From Balanoglossus misakiensis (Eukaryota; Animalia; Hemichordata): a stretch of 64,000 nucleotides of DNA. Shown in pieces: positions 29,992-40,200 of this stretch (its first letter is position 1; every line of letters starts with the position of its first letter). Location: positions 19,389-83,388 of the forward strand of contig JBECUI020000046.1 of NCBI GenBank assembly GCA_040954595.2, in the 5' to 3' direction. The notes below the pieces were generated by a model. That model was not told where the DNA came from, did not search any database, and saw only the letters and a list, made by a program, of their open reading frames with translations. Both the position numbers and the translations under genes were made by a program.

Positions 29992-31314
29992 ATGAAAACT
30001 CCTGCCTCTTTGCATGACCTTGATAGCATGTCGAAGGAAGTACGCACCTCGGCAATACGGCAACTACATGGCAGGAGAAAACAGAAGGCCGAAGAAGTTA
30101 ATAACCACATTCATACCATTTATTCTTTTAGCCCCTACACTCCCTCTCGTGCTGCCTTCAATGCATGGCAGGCAGGTCTTGCAGTAGCAGGCATTGTCGA
30201 CCATGATTCAATAGCAGGAGCAGAAGAATTTCTGGAAGCAGCGAAGCATATAGGCATAGCTGCCACAGTCGGTACAGAACTCCGTGTGGACTTTCACGGC
30301 ACACCCTTTGCGAAGAAGCATCTCAATAATCCCGATACAACAGGAATTGCCTACCTGCTCATCCACGGCATCCCCCGAAGATCCTTTGCTTGTTTGGATG
30401 ATTTCCTTAAACCGATCCGGCAAGCTCGCATTGCAAGGAGCAAAAATCAGCTGATAAAATTAAATATGCACCTACAGACATTATTCGTTCCCCCCCTGGA
30501 TTTTCACAAGGACGTCCTTTCCGTGAGTTCTGTAGAATCAGGTGGAACAGTAACCGAACGACATATTCTCTCAGCCTTGGCAAAGCGAATAACAGAACAG
30601 CAGGGACGGGGTAAAAGACTGGTAGACTGGTTGGAAAAGAGCCTTGCCATTTCCATCCCCGACCGGATCCGTCGCTATCTGATCGACGAAACAAATGAGC
30701 ATTATATCTACGACCTACTTGGAATCCTGAAATCTTCCTTTCTCCCACATTTCTATGTCCGCCCCGACAATAGCGAATGCCCACCCTGCCAAGACATTAT
30801 AGAATTTGCATGGGATATTGGCGCCATACCGGTTTATCCGTATTTAGGTGATGTCATCCGAGAGGCTACGGACAAACTGAGTAATTCCTATGAGGATGCC
30901 TACTTGGACGACTTATTTGCATGGTTTCATGGAGTTGGAATCCGGGCAATTGCCTATATGCCGCCACGTAATACACCTGAGCAGCTGGAAAAAATTCGAC
31001 AGCTCTGTCGAGAGTATGATTGGATGGAAATAAGCGGCGTTGATATAAATTCACCCCGTCAATCATTCAACTGTCCCGATACCGTAGTGCATAAACAGCT
31101 CGCAGATTCCGCCTGGGCCCTTATTGCACACGAAGAACTTGCAGAACGCAACCGTAATTTTGCTCTTTTCCGGCAATCTGCCAATACATCAGATCTACTT
31201 AATAGCTACAGTTGCATAGGAAGAGGGCTGGGAAGGGGGGAAGCCCTTGATCATTTGGTGAGGAAACATTTTTCTGACAAGGCAGCACTTGCCTTTCTGG
31301 GGTGTAAGACATGA
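29992..31314 (+). CDS. PHP-domain metal-dependent phosphoesterase family protein
   Basis: NNHIHTIYSFS, GIVDHDSIAG, VGTE, ISGVDINSPRQ. Confidence 0.8.
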   Translation: MKTPASLHDLDSMSKEVRTSAIRQLHGRRKQKAEEVNNHIHTIYSFSPYTPSRAAFNAWQAGLAVAGIVDHDSIAGAEEFLEAAKHIGIAATVGTELRVDFHGTPFAKKHLNNPDTTGIAYLLIHGIPRRSFACLDDFLKPIRQARIARSKNQLIKLNMHLQTLFVPPLDFHKDVLSVSSVESGGTVTERHILSALAKRITEQQGRGKRLVDWLEKSLAISIPDRIRRYLIDETNEHYIYDLLGILKSSFLPHFYVRPDNSECPPCQDIIEFAWDIGAIPVYPYLGDVIREATDKLSNSYEDAYLDDLFAWFHGVGIRAIAYMPPRNTPEQLEKIRQLCREYDWMEISGVDINSPRQSFNCPDTVVHKQLADSAWALIAHEELAERNRNFALFRQSANTSDLLNSYSCIGRGLGRGEALDHLVRKHFSDKAALAFLGCKT

Positions 31315-32426
31315 ACACTACAATACTTCAAACAATGCTCCCGCTAATTCGAGGTCTGTATGCACCTCTTCCTGTCCGAATAGAATCAGGAAGAAATGCT
31401 GAAACGGAAACAGTTCTTTCATTGCAAGCATTAGCACATATATCGCAACCCGAAGACCTTCTTAGATCTCTTCCGAAAGAGTTTCTATACTTGCAGGAGC
31501 AGATTTCACGCTTAAAAGACAGCCCGCTTCCGCATTACCTTGGGATCTCAGGGCTGGGTACTATTCGCATTTCGGAAATTGATCATACACCACCCACAGC
31601 AGTATGCGGAAAACTTGCACTTGTAACCGGAGGCGCCCAGGGATTGGGAATGGGCATAGCACGTGCCCTCGTTGCATCCGGCGCCCATGTCTGTATTGCC
31701 GACATGAACTATGAACAAGCAAGGACTGTTGCGGAAGAATTGAACGCCGGTACGAACAGAGCATGGGCAATGGAAATGGACGTTAGTGCATCCGATTCGG
31801 TAAAAAACGGCATGGACAAGATACTGAAAAAATTCGGGGGGCTGGATATTCTTATCAGCAATGCCGGCATAACCCTTCCCGGTTCCATTAATAACCTCAG
31901 TGAAGAAGAGTTTATGCGGACCATGCAGGTTAACTATACCGGGTTCTACCTTCTGGTGAAACATTTTTCCCCCATCATGCAATGGCAATACGTAGCAAAT
32001 AAGAACTACAGTTCTGACATCATACAGATAAATTCGAAGTCCGGACTTCGTGGATCCAATAAAAACTTTGCCTATGCTGGCAGTAAGTTTGGCAGCATCG
32101 GTCTTTGTCAAAGTTTTGCCCTAGAATTGGCACAGTACAATATCAAGGTGAATGCAGTTTGTCCAGGCAATTTCTTTGACGGAGATCTATGGTCGGACCC
32201 GGTAACGGGGCTCTTTCAAAAATATTTTCAAGTAGGCAAAGTACCCGGTGCAAAAAACATCAAGGATGTCCGCAAGCATTATCTCGCACAATCACCACTC
32301 GGTTCAGTTTTACAACGCGGTTGTCGCGTAGAGGATGTTGTGCATGCAGTATTCTATCTCATAACACAGAAATTTGAAACCGGACAGGCAATGCCTGTAA
32401 CTGGTGGTCAGGAGATGCTTTCATGA
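31311..32426 (+). CDS. SDR oxidoreductase, sorbitol-6-phosphate 2-dehydrogenase-like, with ~100-aa N-terminal extension
   Basis: TGGAQGLG, ISNAG, QINSKSG, YAGSKF, TGQAMPVTGGQ. Confidence 0.8.
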   Translation: MNTTILQTMLPLIRGLYAPLPVRIESGRNAETETVLSLQALAHISQPEDLLRSLPKEFLYLQEQISRLKDSPLPHYLGISGLGTIRISEIDHTPPTAVCGKLALVTGGAQGLGMGIARALVASGAHVCIADMNYEQARTVAEELNAGTNRAWAMEMDVSASDSVKNGMDKILKKFGGLDILISNAGITLPGSINNLSEEEFMRTMQVNYTGFYLLVKHFSPIMQWQYVANKNYSSDIIQINSKSGLRGSNKNFAYAGSKFGSIGLCQSFALELAQYNIKVNAVCPGNFFDGDLWSDPVTGLFQKYFQVGKVPGAKNIKDVRKHYLAQSPLGSVLQRGCRVEDVVHAVFYLITQKFETGQAMPVTGGQEMLS

Positions 32427-33697
32427 ATTTGATTCGAACAACCGCCGTCAGACTTCATGGGGCAGGGGATATTCGGCTGGATAGCTTTGATCTTCCGCCA
32501 CTAGCTGACAATGAAATTCTTGCTCAAATTATCTGTGATAGCCTCTGTACGTCAACGCGCAAGGCCGCCCTTCTTGGTGCAGCGCACACTCGGGTTCCCG
32601 ATAATGTCGCTGACTATCCGGTCATTGTAGGGCATGAATTTGCAGGCAATATACTGCAAGTAGGAAAAGCATGGGCAGATAAGTTTCATATCGGTCAGAA
32701 ATTTACAATTCAACCAGCGCTTGCCTACAGCGACAAACTGGATGCCCCCGGCTATTCTTTTCCCACCATAGGGGGAGATGCCACTACTGTCATCATTCCC
32801 AATGAAATAATAGAAATGGATGGACTTATCCCCTTTGATGGAACAAGTTATTTCCCGGCAGCATTAGCAGAGCCCTTTTCTTGTGTCATCGGTGCGTTTC
32901 AGGCATTTTATCACACCGTGTACGGAAGTTATGGGCATACAATGGGCATACGCCCGAACGGCAATTTTGCCCTTCTCGCCGGAACCGGCCCCATGGGCAT
33001 GGCGGCAATAGAATACATACTGCATGCAGAACGAAGACCCAGGCTACTCGTCATTACCGGAAGGACGCAATCAAAGTTATCCCATCTCGAGCATCTCTAT
33101 TCACCAAAGAAGGCAGCAAAACAAGGCATAACCCTTGAGTATGTACTATCCACCAATAAAAACGATTTTCAGAACTTGCTTGCTGTCAGTGAGGGAAAGG
33201 GATATGATGACATTCTTCTTATGTATCCCGACCCTTCTTTAGTAGAACTGGGAGATAGAATTCTTGCACGGGATGGCTGTCTGAACTTCTTTGCTGGCCC
33301 GCCGAACAAGGATTTTAGTGCGGCCATTAATTTTTACAACCTGCATTATTCCTTTTCGCATTTTGTAGCAACCACAGGCGGCAACATTAGCGACATGTGC
33401 AAAGCATTATCGATGATGGAAAAAAAGGTGATATCCCCTGCTACTATCATAACCCATATTGGCGGACTCAATGCCGTTATTGACAGCACCATGCGCTTAC
33501 CGGAGCTACCAGGAGGGAAAAAACTTATCTACACGCAGAAGAAGATGGACCTGATTGCACTTGATAGATTAGAGGATATACGAAGGGAGAGCCCCTTCTT
33601 GCAGGGACTCTACGAACGGGTAGCAGCACGAAACAATACTTGGAACGAAGAAGCAGAAGCATACATGCTCGCACATGCTCCGTCGATATTTAGTTAG
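32423..33697 (+). CDS. MDR-family dehydrogenase, L-sorbose-1-phosphate reductase-like
   Basis: AVRLHG, DSLCTS, GHEFAG, LAEPFSCVIG, DGCLNFFAGP, GGKKLIY. Confidence 0.82.
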   Translation: MNLIRTTAVRLHGAGDIRLDSFDLPPLADNEILAQIICDSLCTSTRKAALLGAAHTRVPDNVADYPVIVGHEFAGNILQVGKAWADKFHIGQKFTIQPALAYSDKLDAPGYSFPTIGGDATTVIIPNEIIEMDGLIPFDGTSYFPAALAEPFSCVIGAFQAFYHTVYGSYGHTMGIRPNGNFALLAGTGPMGMAAIEYILHAERRPRLLVITGRTQSKLSHLEHLYSPKKAAKQGITLEYVLSTNKNDFQNLLAVSEGKGYDDILLMYPDPSLVELGDRILARDGCLNFFAGPPNKDFSAAINFYNLHYSFSHFVATTGGNISDMCKALSMMEKKVISPATIITHIGGLNAVIDSTMRLPELPGGKKLIYTQKKMDLIALDRLEDIRRESPFLQGLYERVAARNNTWNEEAEAYMLAHAPSIFS

Positions 33698-33710
33698 GAG
33701 GTATAACAAC

Positions 33711-35108
33711 ATGAAAACACACATAGCAATTGATATGGGAGCATCCCATGTCCGCGTCATTGCAGGCAATTTAGAAAATTTTCAGGTAATACGAAACTTC
33801 CCTACGTACGTTTCCACTATTCAGGGAAGCATGTTCTGGGACATCACTCGGATTTTTGAAGAAATAAAGCAAGGGATTCGTGACGCCCTTCAGCAGTATG
33901 AAGTAGCAAGCATAGGCATTGATGCCTGGGGAGCGGACTACGTGCTTCTTGATGAAACCGGTCAGATTCTTGCTTTGCCCTACCATTATCGAAACACACG
34001 CGGAGAATTAGCTATGCAGGCAGTGCATGATCTAATTTCTCCGATGAACTTATATCGTGAAACTGGAATACTCCCGTATCCCTTTAATAACAGTTATCAA
34101 CTCTATGCCCATAGAGTTCAACAGCCGCAGCTCTACGCTGTAGCAAAGAGATATCTCTCCATAGCCGATTTAGTATACTACTGGCTTGGTGCGGAACCCG
34201 TCAACGAGGTAAGCCATGCCGGTGGAACGCAGTTATATAATCCACATAAAAATACATGGTCGACAGAGGTTCTCAAAACACTCGAATTAAATGACAAACA
34301 TTTTTATTCTCCCGTAACACCCGGCACAAAAATTGGAATGCTTGATAATGAACTGGCAGCAGGCAGAAAAGTATCATTAATAAGCGTTGGAACACATGAT
34401 ACTGCCAGTGCATTTGCAACCGTTACTGCTATTGCCGGGCAGGATGTAATAATTGTAAATAGTGGAACATGGTCAATTATCGGTGCTATTCGGCATAAGG
34501 CACTCGTAACCGAGCAATCATTTCAATGCAATTTCACCAACGAGAAGGCAGTGGATGGAAAAATTCGATTTGTAAAGAACATTATGGGCATGTGGATACA
34601 GCAACAATGTCGGCAAGCATGGAGAGATATGGGAATCAATGTATCGATTCGGGAAGCAATGGAAATGGTAAGAACAGCAGGTTCGTCTGATGCTATTATT
34701 GATCCCTCCGATTCTATTTTCTTTCAGCCGAATAACATGGATCGTCCTATGCCCGAACGCATACAAGAATATTGCAGACAGAAGGGCCAGAGCGTACCAA
34801 CAACTCCACAGGAGATATTGGCAGCAATATATAAGGGGCTAGTTAACCTGTATGTGCAAACCATCGAAGATGTAATTCGGTTGAACAATAAGCAATACAA
34901 TACGGTATACATTGTAGGCGGGGGAAGTCGAAACCTTGCACTCAACAGTATGCTGGCAACTGAGACAGGCATGAATATTCATTTCGGTCTCGGAGAAGCT
35001 ACGGCATTGGGAAACATTCTTATCCAGTCTATCGCAGTCGGTGATGTACAGTCTCCGGAGGAAGCAGGCAAGTATATTTGCAAGCATCATAGTATGCAAT
35101 CGTATTGA
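33711..35108 (+). CDS. rhaB: rhamnulokinase-family FGGY sugar kinase
   Basis: AIDMGAS, WGADYVLLD, GTHDTASA, SGTWS, FTNE, GGGSRN, EATALGN; AGGAGG RBS before ATG 33711. Confidence 0.8.
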   Translation: MKTHIAIDMGASHVRVIAGNLENFQVIRNFPTYVSTIQGSMFWDITRIFEEIKQGIRDALQQYEVASIGIDAWGADYVLLDETGQILALPYHYRNTRGELAMQAVHDLISPMNLYRETGILPYPFNNSYQLYAHRVQQPQLYAVAKRYLSIADLVYYWLGAEPVNEVSHAGGTQLYNPHKNTWSTEVLKTLELNDKHFYSPVTPGTKIGMLDNELAAGRKVSLISVGTHDTASAFATVTAIAGQDVIIVNSGTWSIIGAIRHKALVTEQSFQCNFTNEKAVDGKIRFVKNIMGMWIQQQCRQAWRDMGINVSIREAMEMVRTAGSSDAIIDPSDSIFFQPNNMDRPMPERIQEYCRQKGQSVPTTPQEILAAIYKGLVNLYVQTIEDVIRLNNKQYNTVYIVGGGSRNLALNSMLATETGMNIHFGLGEATALGNILIQSIAVGDVQSPEEAGKYICKHHSMQSY

Positions 35109-35149
35109 TAGAGAAAGAAGAATGTTTTTATAAAAATCACACACATGTA

Positions 35150-35179
35150 TTGCATAAAAGATTCTATCTATAGTATAAT
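35150..35179 (+). promoter_or_regulatory. putative sigma70 promoter
   Basis: TTGCAT-N18-TATAAT upstream of AGGAGG RBS. Confidence 0.5.
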
Positions 35180-35211
35180 GATGGAAATAAATATTTTAAG
35201 GAGGCGTAAAT

Positions 35212-36132
35212 ATGCGCTTATTTGTTATTTTGATAATGTTTATAACTCTTGTGGGCAATGCATTTGCTGCAGGCACCACAGAGAGCGGGACATTACGCGT
35301 TGGCATGTGTATTTCGGATTTTGATGATACTTTCATGCAGTACTTAATGGATGCTGCTCGTGAGAAAGCAGTTGAGTTAGGTCTTGATCTGACCCTTGCC
35401 GACGGTAAAGGTGATCCACAGACTCAACTTTCTCAGGTAGAGAACTTTGTTACACAGGGTTTTGATGCAATTATTATTCATGCTGTGAATACTTCTGCAA
35501 CAGATCCTATGAGTGAAGCTGCACTTAATGCAGGCATTAAACTTGTATATGTAAACAGATTTCCTTCCAACTTTCCTCAGGGAGCGATTTATGTAGGTTC
35601 GGATGATTATGATGCCGGACGTCAGCAGGCTGAGTACTTTGTGAAAGTGCTTAATGGTCAAGGAACCGTTGCTATTTTGGAAGGACTTCCAGGAACAGAT
35701 CCTGCCATTAAGAGAACACAGGCAGTTGAGGACATCGTTGCTGCTACCAGTGGTATGAAGGTTGTACGCAAGCAAGTAGCAAACTTCCGTCGTCCTGATG
35801 CAATTCAGGTTGTAGAGAACTGGATTATTGCCGGTGAACCTATAAATGTTATTGCTGCTAATAATGATGAAATGGCAATAGGTGCCGTTCAAGCATTAGT
35901 AGAAGCAAATCTCAAGGATAGGGTTATGGTTTTTGGTGTTGATGCTACTCCTGATGCACTACAATTCATGGCAGAAGGACTGTTAGATGGTACGGTATTC
36001 CAGAATGCTCGTGCACAAGGTGCCGGTTCTGTCGATGCCGCTCACAAGGTTTTGACAGGTGCTCCCATTGATTCGGAAGTCTGGATTCCCTTTGAATTGG
36101 TAACCCCTGACAACTACACAGAGTATCAATAG
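35212..36132 (+). CDS. RbsB-type sugar/inositol ABC substrate-binding protein (no adjacent permease)
   Basis: signal peptide FAAGTTES, YVNR, YVGSDD, ANNDEMAIGA, GVDAT, TVFQN. Confidence 0.88.
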   Translation: MRLFVILIMFITLVGNAFAAGTTESGTLRVGMCISDFDDTFMQYLMDAAREKAVELGLDLTLADGKGDPQTQLSQVENFVTQGFDAIIIHAVNTSATDPMSEAALNAGIKLVYVNRFPSNFPQGAIYVGSDDYDAGRQQAEYFVKVLNGQGTVAILEGLPGTDPAIKRTQAVEDIVAATSGMKVVRKQVANFRRPDAIQVVENWIIAGEPINVIAANNDEMAIGAVQALVEANLKDRVMVFGVDATPDALQFMAEGLLDGTVFQNARAQGAGSVDAAHKVLTGAPIDSEVWIPFELVTPDNYTEYQ

Positions 36133-36153
36133 AGCTCTTGCTTTTATTTCTGT

Positions 36154-36183
36154 AACAAAGGCGTACATTGTACGCCTTTGTTT
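36154..36183. terminator. probable bidirectional intrinsic terminator between convergent genes
   Basis: AACAAAGGCGTACA-t-TGTACGCCTTTGTT inverted repeat. Confidence 0.85.
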
Positions 36184-36943
36184 ATATTTTTTGAAATAGC
36201 TGATAACAGTTTCGATAGAGCATTTCAGCGCAGTCTTCTATTGCCATGTTGCGGCATCGTGCAATGAGTTCTACAGTTTCATTATTATAGCGTGGTTCAT
36301 TTTTTTCTCCGCGTTTGCTTTGTGGGGAAAGGAAGGGAGCATCACTCTCGACGAGTATGCGATCAGCTGGGATCAAGGGGAGTAGTTCACGTAGTCCTGT
36401 ATTTGCTGGATAGGTGATGTTTCCTGAAAAAGAAAGATACAATCCTTGCTCAAGTGCACGGAATGCAAAGGAACTGGAACCACTAAAGCAATGCAAAACA
36501 CCCCGACATCGTCCTGCATGCATATCCAGCACCTCCTCATCGGCATTTCTATTATGAATAATTACTGGTAGGCAATGTTTTTCGGCTATCCGGATCTGTG
36601 CCTCATATACTTCACATTGTTTTTCGTAGCTATGTGCATACTTATATTTATCAAGTCCTGTTTCTCCAATAGCAACAGCATCCTTAGGGTCATGTTCTAT
36701 TGCTCGTAACCAGTTTTCGGTATTTGCATCTTCTACCGAACCGGGATGTATCCCGAGCGAATAGTGGAAAAATGGATATTTTTCTTTCATATCACTGACA
36801 TATGCCGGAAAAGTCGGGTCAATTGCTACATCCAGCAAGAATGCATGCGGATGCTGTGCAAAAATTTCTAGGTTAGTCGCACGAACTTCTGCCCTAAGCA
36901 GGGAAAGATGGCAATGGCTATCCGATAAAGCAGCAATAGGCAT
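36182..36943 (-). CDS. tatD: TatD family nuclease
   Basis: DSHCHL, LGIHP, AIGETGLD, IIHNR, VLHCFSG, LVESDAPFL. Confidence 0.92.
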   Translation of the reverse strand: MPIAALSDSHCHLSLLRAEVRATNLEIFAQHPHAFLLDVAIDPTFPAYVSDMKEKYPFFHYSLGIHPGSVEDANTENWLRAIEHDPKDAVAIGETGLDKYKYAHSYEKQCEVYEAQIRIAEKHCLPVIIHNRNADEEVLDMHAGRCRGVLHCFSGSSSFAFRALEQGLYLSFSGNITYPANTGLRELLPLIPADRILVESDAPFLSPQSKRGEKNEPRYNNETVELIARCRNMAIEDCAEMLYRNCYQLFQKI

Positions 36944-37006
36944 ACGAAAATAATAACACAAGTGCTTTTTCTTGTATATTCATAACTGTAGTATCTTAAA
37001 TTTGTA

Positions 37007-37035
37007 TTGACGCCATAAGGGTTTTGCATTATAAT
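37007..37035 (+). promoter_or_regulatory. sigma70-type promoter of the envelope operon
   Basis: TTGACG-N17-TATAAT followed by a ~170-nt AT-rich leader. Confidence 0.65.
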
Positions 37036-37212
37036 TAACTATAAGTTATTTAATTAATTGTATATGTTATACTTTTTTAAACAGAAAAACAGACTGATTT
37101 TTCATATTCAAAATATGAAAATGTAACTTTCAACGTTAATAATTGTTTAACAAAGTAAGTATTTGTTGACTGTTGTCCAACTGTGTCAGAGAAGGAAAGA
37201 GAAAGGAAAGTA

Positions 37213-38667
37213 ATGAAAGTTATTCTAATATTTTGCTTAATGAGCCTTGTTTTGATTTGTGTTCCTGCACAAGAAATTTCTTTATTTGATGTTCTAGAAG
37301 AAGTCGACACTCTAAAGAAGGAACAAGAGAAATCGATAGAAGCATTAACTCCTACTTCACTGGTACGTGTACAAACACTAACTGTTTTTATTAATGATCT
37401 CCCATACAGGGGTACCAGTTCCGATCCCAAGGTACCCGACGATACAAAGTTTACAACTGTTATGCGTAAAGTGCCGATACGAGAACAAGATCTATATCCT
37501 CTACACAAGTTGGAAGAGCTTCTTGAATTAACAAAGCAGCAGCTAGAGGGTTCTACCTATTATGGAACAGTGCTGTACTCATGGGCGGTTCTTGAGACAA
37601 GTGATGATGTTACGGACATAGAGGTAAAGATTCTTGTTCATGATGGTGTGCGCATGCGATTTTCCGGGGGCAGTATTTTTGGTGCATTCGGCATGGACAA
37701 CTTGTTTGGAAAAGATCAAAGAATCATGGGAGTTGTCGGATTTAATAAGCTAAGATTTTATTACCGTAATAATACTCTTGCAAATTTAGGGGGTACAGAG
37801 AACTCTCTTGGACGAACATGGCTTTTTTATGATATTGATGCCTACCATTTCTGGGAGCATCCCATTCTAAGCAGGCACGACTTCTCTTTTCACACCCTCG
37901 CCTCCTCCTTTGCATTAGGGGTATATCCACATAGTGAACTCGCTATCGGAGTACGTACGGGAGTATACTACGATTGGATAGACGATTGGGTGTCGTACAA
38001 GACCCGTGCTGTCGATCAAATGCTTAATCTGCCAGGTAACCTGAATGAGGGAACCGTACGTGTGGCTATGAGCCCTTTTCTTGTTTATTCCTCAGATGTT
38101 TCGTACGGTGATTGGGGAAGAAATCTATATCTTGGTCTTGCACTTCGCAATGGATTAGCGGTAGACGGTGCTAATCCCCTTTATTATTTTCGTGCAGATC
38201 TTAAAACTGATATGAGCATACGATATAAATTGCTCATTCCGAACATCGTCCGGTTACAAACACGGTTAGGAGCAAGCTACGGCGATCTACCGTACAGTGA
38301 ACAGTTTTCGGTTAATCATGCAAGTATTGATTCAGGCGTTCTATGGGGACGAAGAGCATTTTACGACGACGAGATTTCCTATGGCAAGTCCGTATTCTTG
38401 TTGAAAGCGGAATACATTCTTCGAGTTCTTGAGATTTCTATTGTGGCTCTTGATTTGTATGGTTTCCTTGATTATGGTGGGACCGCACAAAAATTTGCTT
38501 CACTGCCGCAAAACTTTAGACTTGCACCCGGTCTGGGAACTCGAGTAAAGTTTTTGTCCCCAGTTTTTTTGACTATTGATGTATCGTTTGGATTTGGTCA
38601 AAGACTACTCGGGTATTCGGATGGTGAAATCTGGACGTGGGCGCTAGACGTAACTTTTGGAATATAA
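37213..38667 (+). CDS. putative Omp85/TamA-like outer-membrane beta-barrel with one POTRA-like domain
   Basis: signal peptide; GMDNLFGK, LKAEY, GFLDYG, APGLGTRV and alternating C-terminal strand WALDVTFGI resemble Omp85 barrels. Confidence 0.6.
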   Translation: MKVILIFCLMSLVLICVPAQEISLFDVLEEVDTLKKEQEKSIEALTPTSLVRVQTLTVFINDLPYRGTSSDPKVPDDTKFTTVMRKVPIREQDLYPLHKLEELLELTKQQLEGSTYYGTVLYSWAVLETSDDVTDIEVKILVHDGVRMRFSGGSIFGAFGMDNLFGKDQRIMGVVGFNKLRFYYRNNTLANLGGTENSLGRTWLFYDIDAYHFWEHPILSRHDFSFHTLASSFALGVYPHSELAIGVRTGVYYDWIDDWVSYKTRAVDQMLNLPGNLNEGTVRVAMSPFLVYSSDVSYGDWGRNLYLGLALRNGLAVDGANPLYYFRADLKTDMSIRYKLLIPNIVRLQTRLGASYGDLPYSEQFSVNHASIDSGVLWGRRAFYDDEISYGKSVFLLKAEYILRVLEISIVALDLYGFLDYGGTAQKFASLPQNFRLAPGLGTRVKFLSPVFLTIDVSFGFGQRLLGYSDGEIWTWALDVTFGI

Positions 38668-38678
38668 GAGGCATAAAA

Positions 38679-39413
38679 ATGTTGACTAATAGCTTTGTTC
38701 GTAAAACTATAATTTTTTTCTACTGTGTAATTATAGCATTACAGGTAACTGGGGCGAATGAATCTCTATCGGATCTCATGAGTTATGCCGGAAGCGTATC
38801 AGTTGAAGATTTGCGGTTATTGGCTGCCAACTTGGAGAATAAGCAAGATCTAACTGCGGTTGATCGTGCTCAGCTGGGCAGCATCTATGCGGGCATTGCT
38901 CGTCAAACACCCGGAGCAATAAAAGATGCCGAAAAAGCCTATGATCTGCTTGGAAGCGCGATAAAAGCATTGAACGACCCCTTCCTCCTTGCCTTACAGG
39001 GAATGACAGAGACATTTATTGCACGAGATTCTATCAATCCCTTTAGAAAACTCTGGAGTCTGGCACAAGGCGTCAATAAGTTGAATGATGCAAACCAACA
39101 AGCATCTGCCAGTCCGGATCCGCTTGTTCCAACCTATATTCATCTGTTGAGTGCAAATATTTTTATGGCTGTCCCAGGGTTTATACCGGAAAGCGGGTCA
39201 GCGGAAAGAAAATTACAGCAAGCTCTCGAAAGTTTTAATGAGCTAGATACAAAAACTCAACAAGAGCAGCAAGGCTTCCTTGCCTCTATTTATTATGCCT
39301 TTCGTAAATTTGAACGAAAGAGAGGCGACGAGCAAGCCGCAGAAAAATATGCGAAAATTATTCAAGAAATAGCACCGAATTCTTATTCGGCAAAAAAACT
39401 TTTAGAGGAGTAG
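38679..39413 (+). CDS. secreted all-helical TPR-like protein (paralogue A)
   Basis: signal peptide; LALQG..E...ARDSINP motif shared with the next gene. Confidence 0.65.
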   Translation: MLTNSFVRKTIIFFYCVIIALQVTGANESLSDLMSYAGSVSVEDLRLLAANLENKQDLTAVDRAQLGSIYAGIARQTPGAIKDAEKAYDLLGSAIKALNDPFLLALQGMTETFIARDSINPFRKLWSLAQGVNKLNDANQQASASPDPLVPTYIHLLSANIFMAVPGFIPESGSAERKLQQALESFNELDTKTQQEQQGFLASIYYAFRKFERKRGDEQAAEKYAKIIQEIAPNSYSAKKLLEE

Positions 39414-39420
39414 CAGAAGT

Positions 39421-40179
39421 ATGGAAAAAGTAAGTGTTCTAAGAATTTTTTGGTTATGTGTAGGTTTACTCGGAGCATTTAGTCTACTGGGCGTGCCTGC
39501 TTTTTCACTGGAGCAGAATGAAGTTGACGAATTATTTCGCTTAACCGGCGGCTATCGGGTTAACGTGCTACAAGAACGGAGTGCGAAACTAGAAGCCCAA
39601 TCCACCCTTACAGCCTATGAACATGCGCTACTGGGATCTATGTATCTTGGCATAGTTCTGCAAACTGAAGATACGAATGACATGATAAAGCGTTCGCTGA
39701 GTCATTTTGCTGAAGCAAGAAAAACGCTACCCCATCCGGTCATACTTGCACTGCAGGGAACATCGGAATCGATAGTGGCAAGAGACACGATCAATCCCAT
39801 TGCAAAGGGCTCCCTTGCTTCTCGGGCCATTAATACATTACAGACTGCATTGGACAATAAGGAACGCAGTACTTTGGATACTTCCTACATTCATTTTCTT
39901 CGAGGACGTTTCTTTAGCGACTTACCGGCATTCTTTAAAGAATCGAAGCAAGCCCAGACTGAAATCAGACTGAGTCTGGAAGCATTTAAGGAGATAGATC
40001 CAAAAAAACAGCAAAACATGGTTGAATTTCTTGCGGCAATCTATCACGCATTGGCGAGAATAGAAAAAAAACAAGGAAACATGACGGTTGCAGAACGATA
40101 TTACCAGGCAATTATGAAAATTGCACCCGGTTCTCTTGCTGCGGAACAGGCAAAAGAGTTATTGCAAAAAGAATACTAA
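39421..40179 (+). CDS. secreted all-helical TPR-like protein (paralogue B)
   Basis: signal peptide; LALQGTSESIVARDTINP, FLAAIY, IAPGS. Confidence 0.65.
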   Translation: MEKVSVLRIFWLCVGLLGAFSLLGVPAFSLEQNEVDELFRLTGGYRVNVLQERSAKLEAQSTLTAYEHALLGSMYLGIVLQTEDTNDMIKRSLSHFAEARKTLPHPVILALQGTSESIVARDTINPIAKGSLASRAINTLQTALDNKERSTLDTSYIHFLRGRFFSDLPAFFKESKQAQTEIRLSLEAFKEIDPKKQQNMVEFLAAIYHALARIEKKQGNMTVAERYYQAIMKIAPGSLAAEQAKELLQKEY

Positions 40180-40200
40180 GGAAAAACGGAGGGTTTTATA

